Shown: positions 20,374 through 29,230 of the stretch, in pieces | Position numbering within the stretch: position 1 is the first letter of the stretch | How the letters are laid out: each line of letters opens with the position of its first letter | Assembly (NCBI GenBank): GCA_947572545.1 | Contig: CANPCK010000008.1 | Span: 1-30,972, forward strand | DNA length: 30,972 bases | Reading direction: 5' to 3' | Source of the DNA: an uncultured Clostridium sp. | GTDB taxonomy: Bacteria; Bacillota; Clostridia; TANB77; CAG-508 | Notes under the pieces: model-generated | What the model was told of the DNA's origin: nothing | The model's input: the letters and a program-made list of their open reading frames with translations, nothing else | Database searches by the model: none | Position numbers and translations under genes: made by a program

Positions 20374-21593
20374 TGTGCTTATTGTAGCTCTAGTCCTTGT
20401 TTCTTTTACTATAAGTGGCTATTCGGCTAAACAAGATATAAATGATATGGCTTATGTAATTGCTATACGGTGTAGATGTTCGGAGAAACTAGTGATTTAA
20501 AGGTTAGTTTTCAATTTTCTATCCCTTCTAAAAACGGTTCTGGAGGTTCTTCTGGTGGATCTTCCGATTCTTCTGATACTGTTATTGATACAATAGAAGC
20601 GCCTTCAATCGAGTCTGCCATAAGTCTTGCAAATGGTTTTATTAGTAAAAAGCTAAACCTTTCTCATTGTAAAGTTCTAGTGATTTCTGAAGAAGTTGCT
20701 GCTTTTGGAATTTCAGATATTATTTATACTTTAATAAATAATGTAGAAATCAGACCTGATTGTAATGTGATAATTTCTCGTTCTACTGCTTATGCTTTTT
20801 TATCAGATTCTCAATCAAAGCTTGAAAGCATAACTGCAAAATATTATGAAATAATAGCTGCTTCTAGCAAAAATACAGGTTATACTGCTAATCTTACAAT
20901 TTCTGATATTTTCAATAGAATTTCAGATACTTATGGCGAACCTTGTGCAATTCTTCGGGTCTGTTACCTCTTCTAATAATTCTTCTGCTTCTCTTGCTGT
21001 TGATGCAGATACTATTTCTGGAGAAACAACTTCTAATATAGGCAACAATTCACGTTCTTCTACAAATATAGATGTTGTAGGTTTAGCTGTTTTTAAAGGC
21101 GATGCTTTAGTTCGGAGAGCTCACTGCTATAGAAACTATTTGTCATTTAATTGTTACTAACCAATTGGAAGAATGTATTTTTTCTATTCCTAGTCCTTTT
21201 AATGAAGACTTTTCTATTGATTTATTTATAACTCCAGATAGAAGTACAAAAAACAAAGTAAAAATTGTGAATGGCTCTCCATATATTTTTACTGATGTAA
21301 AGTTAAATGCTAGAATACTATCTGCTACTAAAAATTCTAATTATTTTGAAGGTAATAACTTAGAGAGTATTGAAGATTACGCTAATTCATATGTAAAATC
21401 TGAATTAGAAAATTATTTATATAAAACTTCTAAAAACTATAAATCCGATATTGCATTATTTGGGAGATATGCTGTTGGAAACTTTAAAACATGGGATGAA
21501 TGGATGTCCTATGATTGGCTTGACAATTATTCAAATTCATTTTTTAATGTAAAAGTTAATGTAGATGTTATTTCAAGTTATTTAATATCTTAA
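20357..21593 (+). CDS. gerKC: Spore germination protein GerC/GerKC family; TTG start; +1 at CGG 20468-20470, 20481-20483, 20956-20958, 21113-21115
   Basis: 'KKRLSVLIVALVLVSFTISGYSAKQDINDMAYVIAI|G|VDV|G|ETSDLKVSFQF...CAIL|G|SVTSSNNSS...ALV|G|ELTAIETICHLIVTNQ'. Confidence 0.88.
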
Positions 21594-21604
21594 GGAGGAT
21601 TAAT

Positions 21605-21770
21605 ATGGTTATTGTAATTTCAATTTTAAGTATTTTTGCATTTTTTAAAACCATTCGGATATGCAATTTATGAATATAAGGATAATGGAAGTAAATTAAA
21701 TGGAGTTATTTGTACTATTCTTGCTTTTATTGCTCTAATTGGTCCAATTGTAATGGCTATAATAAGATAG
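21605..21770 (+). CDS. Small two-TM protein of the ger operon (D-subunit-like); +1 at CGG 21656-21658
   Basis: AAGGAGG RBS; 'MVIVISILSIFAFFKTI|G|YAIYEYKDNGSKLNGVICTILAFIALIGPIVMAIIR'; missed by the ORF track because of the frame change. Confidence 0.75.
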
Positions 21771-21775
21771 AGTTT

Positions 21776-21845
21776 TTCTAAAAGGAATAGCATATATAAT
21801 TTTTCTTACATCTATCGAAAAATATATATGCTATTCCTTATCTTT
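21776..21845. terminator. Long-stem terminator at end of ger operon
   Basis: AAGGAATAGCATATATAATTTTTC...GAAAAATATATATGCTATTCCTT. Confidence 0.8.
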
Positions 21846-21868
21846 TTATATCACTTAACATTTTAGCC

Positions 21869-23255
21869 TTATTTCTTTAAAAGTTCTTTGAAAGTTCTTA
21901 ACTCCATTTCAATAATTGGTCTCAAACTAAAAGTACAATTATTGTATGCATCTGCATAATTCCAATTTATAACTCTATATGTGCAAGTTGATGCCCAGTG
22001 TCCTATACGCCTACCATCTGTTTCTTCATTCCATAAAGTACTACGATAATAATTATATCCTGATGACTCATTTTCGTAATTTGGAACCTGACCAACAAAT
22101 CCGATCATACACGCTTGCTAATAGGAAATTATTAGCAACATAACTAGGCCAAGCAGGATCTATTCCTGGAAATGTCATTCTACTTGAAAGATAATATTTC
22201 TCATAGTAATTACCATTACTATCTTTTAATATAAGTTCTTCATAAACTGGATCTTTGAAGTTATTATTTTGTAACTGTTTATACCAACCATTATACATAA
22301 GTTCATAATAACTTTTTGCACTTGCTCTAGCCGTTTCATAGAATTCTGTTTGTTCACTGTTTTTTAATCCTTCTTGCATTACTTTTTTTCCGTCTATGTT
22401 GCTATATGCTTCATATTGCCATATATATGGGAAGTTTAAATTATTTGTATTCTTGCATGTTTCTGTTAGCATATGATATATTCCTGTACCATTAGATGAT
22501 ACTTGCTTTCCATAAGAACTTGTATTTGTATAATAGTCATCTTCTGGTTTCCATACTGTTTTGTCTAATACACTTTCTATATCATCCAAATTTAAGTTTC
22601 TTGCTACACTTCCTAGTTCTTCGTTTCCATAGCACCATGAGCATATATCATTTAATATTTTAACTCCATTATTGTATCCTAACTCTTTACTTAATGTTAA
22701 TTTTGTTGTTGTAGGCTTTTCTGATATTAATTTAACCTTTTCATCATCTATACTCCATACCTTCCATGATAAGTCTTCAGTTACAATTTTTACATCTTTT
22801 GTATCTCCTGTATGTTTTGTTTGTGCTATATATGGCCCCTTTTCTCCTTCTGTTTCTGGACTTTCTACTGCTTTTTGTGGCGTATATTGTATAGTATTTC
22901 CTAATAGTTCTTTTTTCTCTTCTTCTGTAAAACTTTCTTCTTCCTCGCCATTGTCATTATCTGTTTTCTGCCCATTTAATATATTATTTATTTGGTCTAC
23001 TGTACTTCCTATTAAATTTTCCGTTCCTTCTAATATTCTATTTTCATTTACCCCTTCTGCTGCATATTTTTGCGCTCCATCTATTGCATAGTCCACTATT
23101 TTTGTCCTATATACAACAATTATACTTACTGCTGATAATATTACTAAAATTATTATTGTTATTATTAATGCTACTAATGTTATTCCTTTTTCACTATGTT
23201 TAATAGGCTCTTTTGAACTTAGCTTGTTTGTTTTAACTTCTGTTTTATTATTCAT
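21869..23255 (-). CDS. Prepilin-type N-terminal methylation motif protein with large C-terminal domain; +1 at CGG on minus strand at 22101-22103
   Basis: 'SEKGITLVALIITIIILVILSAVSIIVVY'; pieces join 'LLASVYD|G|FVGQVPNYENESSGYNYYRSTLWN'. Confidence 0.85.
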
Positions 23256-23427
23256 TTTGAAATTTATTCCTCTCTCTCCTAGGGCATAAAGTAAAAATTT
23301 TCATTTATATAAACATTTTTTAATATATCTATTTATATTTTACCATTTTATTGTTACGTTAAAATAACATTATCATGACATTTGTATTGCATTTTGTCTC
23401 AACATTTCATAACTTTTATAAAATTTC

Positions 23428-23482
23428 TATAACTAAAAAAACGATTATAAAAGTTTTATATCTACTTCTATAACCGTTTTCT
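23428..23482 (-). terminator. Inverted repeat, probable terminator of the 23488 gene
   Basis: AAAACGATTATAAAAG...CTTCTATAACCGTTTT. Confidence 0.6.
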
Positions 23483-23487
23483 AAAAT

Positions 23488-25869
23488 TTATTCTTGTTTT
23501 GTATCTCTGTGCATATCATACACAATTGCATCTTCATTGTTAAATAAAAATTTATCATCTAAATTATCTGTTTGAATTGGGTTTACTTCATCATCATCAC
23601 TATATGAGTCAAAGTCTACTCTTCTTGGATCAAATCCAGATCTTCTCTTTGATGTTTCCATCGCACTTTCATTTAGGATTCCACTTTGGAATTTTGCAAA
23701 GTCAAATTTTTTGGACTTATGTGGTTCTTTATATTTCGAAGGCATAAAATCAAGCTTTGCAAGCCCTGTAAATCCTTTACCTTTATCATCTTTATATTTG
23801 AATGCACACCACTTAAATGTAAGTTGGTTTTGAAGTTTTGCAGGTTCAAACCAATTCTTATATGCATATTTAACACCTTTATAGTTGCCATAAGATATAT
23901 CTTTTGCTGTTGAATTTCCTCCAAGGAACTGATTTCCTTTCCCTTCTGCTTTTATATCCATATCTTGAGAATATACCCACATTCTTCTTGCTCCAAATTC
24001 ATCTACCCAAAAGTCTAATTCTTCTGGTGCTATATTTCCTACTACAATTTTTGCTGTACAGTTAGTAATAATTGTTCTTTGTGAAGTATCTGTGGCATTT
24101 AATTGTGCCATATTCTGTGTTGTAATAAATGTACCAACTTTATATTTTCTATATAATGTAATTAATCCAAGTGTTTCTTCACATAAGAAGTCTGGAAACT
24201 CATCAATATATAACATATGTGGTATTCTTGAATTTTCATTTCCTGGTCTTTTTAATACTGAACGTTGCATTGAAAGTAGGAAAAATAATCCAAATGCTTT
24301 TTGTAAAACAGGTCCTAAATCTCCTCTTCTAGTACATACTATAGTAATTTCCCCTTCTGATAATGCTTTATCAAAGTTTATATTGTTTGTTCTGTTGCAA
24401 AGTATATTTTTTACTCCTTGTATTCTAAGCAAAGCATCTAATTGTGTTATAGCTGTGTGCACAAATTTTTCGGTTTCTTTTCTCATTACACCTTCTGGAT
24501 AAAAATGTTTTCTAAAATATCCAAGTTGTAATTTAAGTCTTCTAGCCATCTCTTCATCTTCTTCAACTTTCTGACACATTTTTGCAACTACATCAAAATC
24601 ATTTAGCATATCTAGCATATCTTCAAGATTTGGAAGGTCTCCATTATTTAATCTTGGATACATTTCAGAAAGTAATATGGTTAGATTTTCTACTGCCTGT
24701 GCTGCTGAGTTTTGGAAGTATACTTCCTCTTCAGCTGGTCTTGTAGATTTGTATGTTACTGAAAGTATTGAAGATATTACTGCTGCAATTTCACTTGGTG
24801 CCCCATAAGAAAATGGATTTATTCCAATAGAATTCATATTATTTGGATCTACTACATTTAATTTCAAATTGAAATTTCTTACAACTTCTATCATTCTTTC
24901 TGTTGATTCATAATCTGGTGAAAGCATTGTTATTCCTAAATCTTTATATACTATTTTAGGTCCTTCACAATATATCATTTTATTAAGGTATGCTTTATAT
25001 AGCTTTTCCTTTTCTTGTATTGGCTCTAACATATTTAAACTAAAATTTTCATTCAAATAATCATTTGTATATGGGCAGTTTAATGTTGCAAGTCCTGTCT
25101 TTAATGCCGTAAATCCCATTTCTTTTGCTGCCTCTTTAAAGAAGTATTTTTTCTCTATATCTCTACCCATTATAGGTTCTAATACTAATGACGTTTTTCC
25201 CATTCCAGAAGATCCTGCAATTAGCATTGGTTCTGCTCTTCTATTATCATATAATTTAACTGTTTTACCTGTTTCTTTATCAATAGATATAATATTTTCA
25301 AAACTGTATGCCCCAGATTTAGTTGTTTTCTTTGATAAATCAATTCCATTGTAGTCCCAGATAGATTCTTGTATTAACCTTGTATCTGCAACTCCACAGT
25401 AGCACCACCAAAATACTGAATAGAAAGTTATCATTGGAATGTATAGTGATATTGCTTGAAATGCTGGTTTAATAACACTTGAAAATTCGGTTACTACTTC
25501 TATATAATTTGGCATTGAAAACAAGAATAACCATAACCCTGCATTTAACCATTGTGTAACCATTGAAATACCAATGATATAAAGTGCTATTGCATAAGAA
25601 TAAATTATTGCTAATTTAATTTTTCCTGAATCTGCATATTTTGAACGTCCTGAAAATAAAAATGCACAAACTGGGCATGCAAGTGCTAGTGTATATGCAA
25701 TTGGTCCCCAATATGAAACAGAAATACCTGTAAATATCATAAATAGCATTTCCACTACTCTATCAACTGCTATATAAGCTGTAAGTAATGTAAATATATA
25801 TGTGAAAAATGTATTTCTATCTGTTTTTAAAACCTTTAATAATTTATCAATATATTTCAAAAAGCTCAC
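23488..25869 (-). CDS. VirD4/TraG-like type IV coupling ATPase with N-terminal TM segments (GTG start)
   Basis: 'LIAGSSGMGKTSLVLEP' Walker A; 'IPHMLYIDEFPDFL' Walker B; 'YRKYKVGTFITTQNMAQL'; no in-frame CGG. Confidence 0.88.
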   Translation of the reverse strand: MSFLKYIDKLLKVLKTDRNTFFTYIFTLLTAYIAVDRVVEMLFMIFTGISVSYWGPIAYTLALACPVCAFLFSGRSKYADSGKIKLAIIYSYAIALYIIGISMVTQWLNAGLWLFLFSMPNYIEVVTEFSSVIKPAFQAISLYIPMITFYSVFWWCYCGVADTRLIQESIWDYNGIDLSKKTTKSGAYSFENIISIDKETGKTVKLYDNRRAEPMLIAGSSGMGKTSLVLEPIMGRDIEKKYFFKEAAKEMGFTALKTGLATLNCPYTNDYLNENFSLNMLEPIQEKEKLYKAYLNKMIYCEGPKIVYKDLGITMLSPDYESTERMIEVVRNFNLKLNVVDPNNMNSIGINPFSYGAPSEIAAVISSILSVTYKSTRPAEEEVYFQNSAAQAVENLTILLSEMYPRLNNGDLPNLEDMLDMLNDFDVVAKMCQKVEEDEEMARRLKLQLGYFRKHFYPEGVMRKETEKFVHTAITQLDALLRIQGVKNILCNRTNNINFDKALSEGEITIVCTRRGDLGPVLQKAFGLFFLLSMQRSVLKRPGNENSRIPHMLYIDEFPDFLCEETLGLITLYRKYKVGTFITTQNMAQLNATDTSQRTIITNCTAKIVVGNIAPEELDFWVDEFGARRMWVYSQDMDIKAEGKGNQFLGGNSTAKDISYGNYKGVKYAYKNWFEPAKLQNQLTFKWCAFKYKDDKGKGFTGLAKLDFMPSKYKEPHKSKKFDFAKFQSGILNESAMETSKRRSGFDPRRVDFDSYSDDDEVNPIQTDNLDDKFLFNNEDAIVYDMHRDTKQE

Positions 25870-25934
25870 CGACCTTCTATAATAAAATTACATTTTATTA
25901 CATAATTATACATATATATTATGCCATAAATTCA

Positions 25935-25970
25935 ACAAAAAAGCAAGCCTTTTAGGCTTACTTTATTAAG
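25935..25970 (-). terminator. Terminator hairpin
   Basis: Minus strand AATAAAGTAAGCCTAAAAGGCTTGCTTTTTT. Confidence 0.7.
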
Positions 25971-25983
25971 TTCATCTTATTTC

Positions 25984-26922
25984 CTAATCTAACAACTTCA
26001 ATTCTGCTTCTTCAACTTTATATTTATTTGTTTGTTCATCTAGTTTAAATTCTATTAAAGTTTTTGATAGATTTTCTTTTACTTGTTTCAAGTCTGTTGT
26101 AAAATATAGTTTTATTTTAGTCATTTCTATTCTATTTAATGTAATTTCCTTAAATGACTCTGCTGCATGTCTTTCATCTTCACACACAATTATTAATTGT
26201 GGGATAGTACTAAAACCGCAATCTAGTGTTACAAAGTTATCATAAAAATCCTGATACATTTTCATTTTATCTATAAATTTTTTTTGCCATTCTTCTTCTC
26301 TTCTTACAACTTCAAATAAAAATGTAATTGATCTAGAATTTTTAGTAAGTGTTACTGATCCTCCAGTTGATTTAAATACTTTTCCTAATGTCTTTGCTTG
26401 TAAAGTTGGTTTAACTACATAATTGTCAAATGCTTTAACTTTTCTTAAATATGCAATTATCACTTGATTTCCTGCAAGTCTTTTCTTTATCATCGCAACT
26501 GGTTTTGTATTATCTGATTGTTGCCATTTACATTCGATTCCTCTAGATGTTAAAAGATATTTCCCCATTTTCTCTAGACAATAAATTCTATATATCCCTT
26601 TACCATCTTCTGATGTAAAATAGTATCTAGTTAGGATTTTTGACTTTACAAGTTGGTCTAGCTTATTATTTAATTTGTCCTGCGATTTGTATTCTATTCC
26701 TTTATAATCTAGCATCTGACATAATTGTCTTGATGTTATAAATTCAAATTCATTTACAAGATCAAGTATTGCAAAATGTAAATCATTTATATGTCCTAAA
26801 TTGATTTTGTGTACTATTTGATTCATTGAGACATATCCATCTTTTCCATCAAATGTTTTTATTTCTCCTTTTCTTAAAGCAAATGGCGATTTCTCAGCTT
26901 CGATTTCTTTATCTTCTACCAT
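25984..26922 (-). CDS. Replication-relaxation/MobC-like winged-helix family protein
   Basis: 'FEFITSRQLCQML...LNNKLDQLVKSKILTRYYF...GIYRIYCLEKMGKYLL' and 'FLFEVVRREEEWQKKFIDKMKMYQDFY'; family call by pattern only. Confidence 0.6.
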   Translation of the reverse strand: MVEDKEIEAEKSPFALRKGEIKTFDGKDGYVSMNQIVHKINLGHINDLHFAILDLVNEFEFITSRQLCQMLDYKGIEYKSQDKLNNKLDQLVKSKILTRYYFTSEDGKGIYRIYCLEKMGKYLLTSRGIECKWQQSDNTKPVAMIKKRLAGNQVIIAYLRKVKAFDNYVVKPTLQAKTLGKVFKSTGGSVTLTKNSRSITFLFEVVRREEEWQKKFIDKMKMYQDFYDNFVTLDCGFSTIPQLIIVCEDERHAAESFKEITLNRIEMTKIKLYFTTDLKQVKENLSKTLIEFKLDEQTNKYKVEEAELKLLD

Positions 26923-26936
26923 ATTATTTCCTCCTT

Positions 26937-27426
26937 TTATTCATATATTAAAAGTTTAACTTTTTTCTTTTCTGGAATAATCTTCTTTATATATACATTT
27001 ACATCTTGCCCATATTCTATATCATCTTTATATTCTGCAAGTCCTACTAAATTTGGCGTTAATTCTATAAAAATTCCATTTTTTGCTTTTTCAGTCTCTC
27101 TTGCAATTCCTTTAACTACTGTTCCTTGTTTAAATTCTTTTATATTGTCTTCCCAAGTTCCAAGTAGTTCTTTATATGTAAAAGATACTCTATTATTATC
27201 TTTATCTACATCTTTTACCATCACTTTTATATCTTGTCCCATTTGAAATCTTTCAAATGGAGTTTTTATTCTAGATACTGATATATCTTCTATATATAAA
27301 AGTCCACTTATACCGATTCTTTAATTCTATGAAAGCTCCATAAGGTTTTATTTGTTTTACCTTTCCATCTACTATCATTCCTTTTGTTAAATCACTTTCA
27401 GATATATTAAATTTTTGATATTTCAT
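26937..27426 (-). CDS. S1 RNA-binding domain protein (two repeats); +1 at CGG on minus strand at 27313-27315
   Basis: 'GMIVDGKVKQIKPYGAFIELKN|G|ISGLLYIEDISVSRIKTPFERFQMGQDIKVMVKDVDKDNNRVSFTYKEL'. Confidence 0.9.
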
Positions 27427-27582
27427 TATATCTCTCCTTTATCTTTTGTACAAATATATTATACTACATATCTAATCATTTTTGCAAATTTTTTATTGCA
27501 TATGCAATTTCTAATAATAATTTTTTAGATTAACAAGGTTAAATCCCATTGATTTATAAACTTAAAAGGCCTACTATATATC

Positions 27583-28304
27583 TTAAGAAATTATTTTTTC
27601 TATTTCTTCTTCTTTTAAATATCTCCATTCTCCAATTTTTAATGATTTTACACTAATTTCTCCAATCTTAGTCCTATGTAAAGCTCGTACTTTTTTTCCT
27701 ACTGCTTCACACATTTTTCTAACTTGTCTATTTTTTCCTTCATGTATAGTAATTTCCAGTCTTGATATATTTTGCTCTTTGTCTATCTTTAATATTTTTA
27801 CTTGTGCTGGTCTACTTATATAATTTTCTATTTCTACTCCTTTTCTTAACTTTTCTATTTCTTCTTCTTTTATTTCTCCGAATTAGTGTTACTGTATAAG
27901 TTTTCGTTATTTCATACTTTGGATGTGTTACCTTATATACAAATTCTCCGATCATCTGTTAAAATAAGTGCTCCTGATGTATACATATCAAGCCTTCCAA
28001 CTGGTACTATCCTTTTATTTATTTTTACTAGGTCTAAAACTGTATCTCTTCCAAATTGATCCTTTGCAGTTGTTACATAGCCTATTGGTTTATTTAGCAA
28101 TATATAAGTGTATTTTTCATTTTTATTTTCTATTTTTTTATCTTTAAATGTAATAGTGTCATTTTCTGGATTTATTTTTGTTCCAAGTTCTGTTACAATT
28201 TCTCCATTTACTTTTACTAAACCATTTTGTATATATTCTTCGCATTTTCTCCTTGAAGCTAACCCACAATTTGCTAAATATTTTTGTAGTCGTATTTCTT
28301 CCAT
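27583..28304 (-). CDS. Pseudouridine synthase RluB/RsuA family; +1 at CGG on minus strand at 27948-27950 and 27878-27880
   Basis: 'EIRLQKYLANCGLASRRKCEEYIQNGLVKVNG...VGRLDMYTSGALILTDD|G|EFVYKVTHPKYEITKTYTVTLI|G|EIKEEE...LEITIHEGKNRQVRKMCEAVGKKV'. Confidence 0.95.
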
Positions 28305-28307
28305 ACA

Positions 28308-29230
28308 TTATCCTCTTTCTTCTAATTTTTTAATAATTTCTTCAAAATATTTAGGCAAAAATGCTTCAATTTTCATTTCTTCTTTTTTAGTTGGGTGAAC
28401 AAATTCTATTTTTTTTGCATGTAACATTTGTCCTTTAACATTAAATGGATTTTTACCATTTGAATATACCATATCTCCTACTACTGGATAACCTATTTCT
28501 GCCATATGTACTCTTATTTGATGTGTCCTTCCTGTATCTATTTTTACTTCAATTAATGTAAATCCATCATATCTTTTTAAAACTTTGAAGTGAGTTATTG
28601 CATCTTTTCCGTTTTTTAGTAACTGCCATTTTTTTCCTGTCTCTTTCAGACCTTCCAATAGGCATATCTATTGTTGCTTCATTTTCCTTGACTTCTCCTC
28701 TAACTAATGCTATATAAGTTTTTTCTACTTTTCTTGATTTTATTTGCTCACTTATATCTATATGTGCTTTGTCATTTTTTGCAATAATTATAACTCCACT
28801 TGTGTCTTTATCCAGTCTATGTACTATTCCGTGGCCTTATTTCTCCTCCTATCCCAGATAAACTTTCTTTACATACATTCATTATTGCATTTACTAAGGT
28901 GCCATCTGGATTTCCATTTGCTGGATGTACTACCATTCCCTTTGGTTTATTTACAACTATTATGTCATTGTCTTCGTAAAGTATTTCTATTGGTATATTT
29001 TCTGCCTTAAGTGATATTTCTTTTGCCTCTGGCTTATTTATATATATTTTATCTCCTCTATTTACTTTATATGATGCTTTTTCTTTTTTTCCATTTACAA
29101 GTATATTTTCTTCGTCAATTAACCTCTGTACTGTAACTCTAGATATTTCTTTATCTAGAATTACAATACATTTATCTAGTCTTGTATTTGCCAAATTTTC
29201 ATCTACATTATATTCTTTATTATTCTTCAT
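28308..29230 (-). CDS. Pseudouridine synthase RluD/RluA family; +1 at CGG on minus strand at 28829-28831 and 28609-28611
   Basis: '[16 protein letters not shown]...GIGGEIRP|G|[19 protein letters not shown]...[18 protein letters not shown]|G|[13 protein letters not shown]...[21 protein letters not shown]'. Confidence 0.96.

Noticed and set aside
22672-23091. ORF-track plus-strand ORF of 139 aa, and similar antisense ORFs (e.g. 24092-24502, 29981-30361, 28108-28398)
   Set aside because: Low-complexity translations antisense to well-supported genes; typical spurious ORFs in AT-rich DNA.
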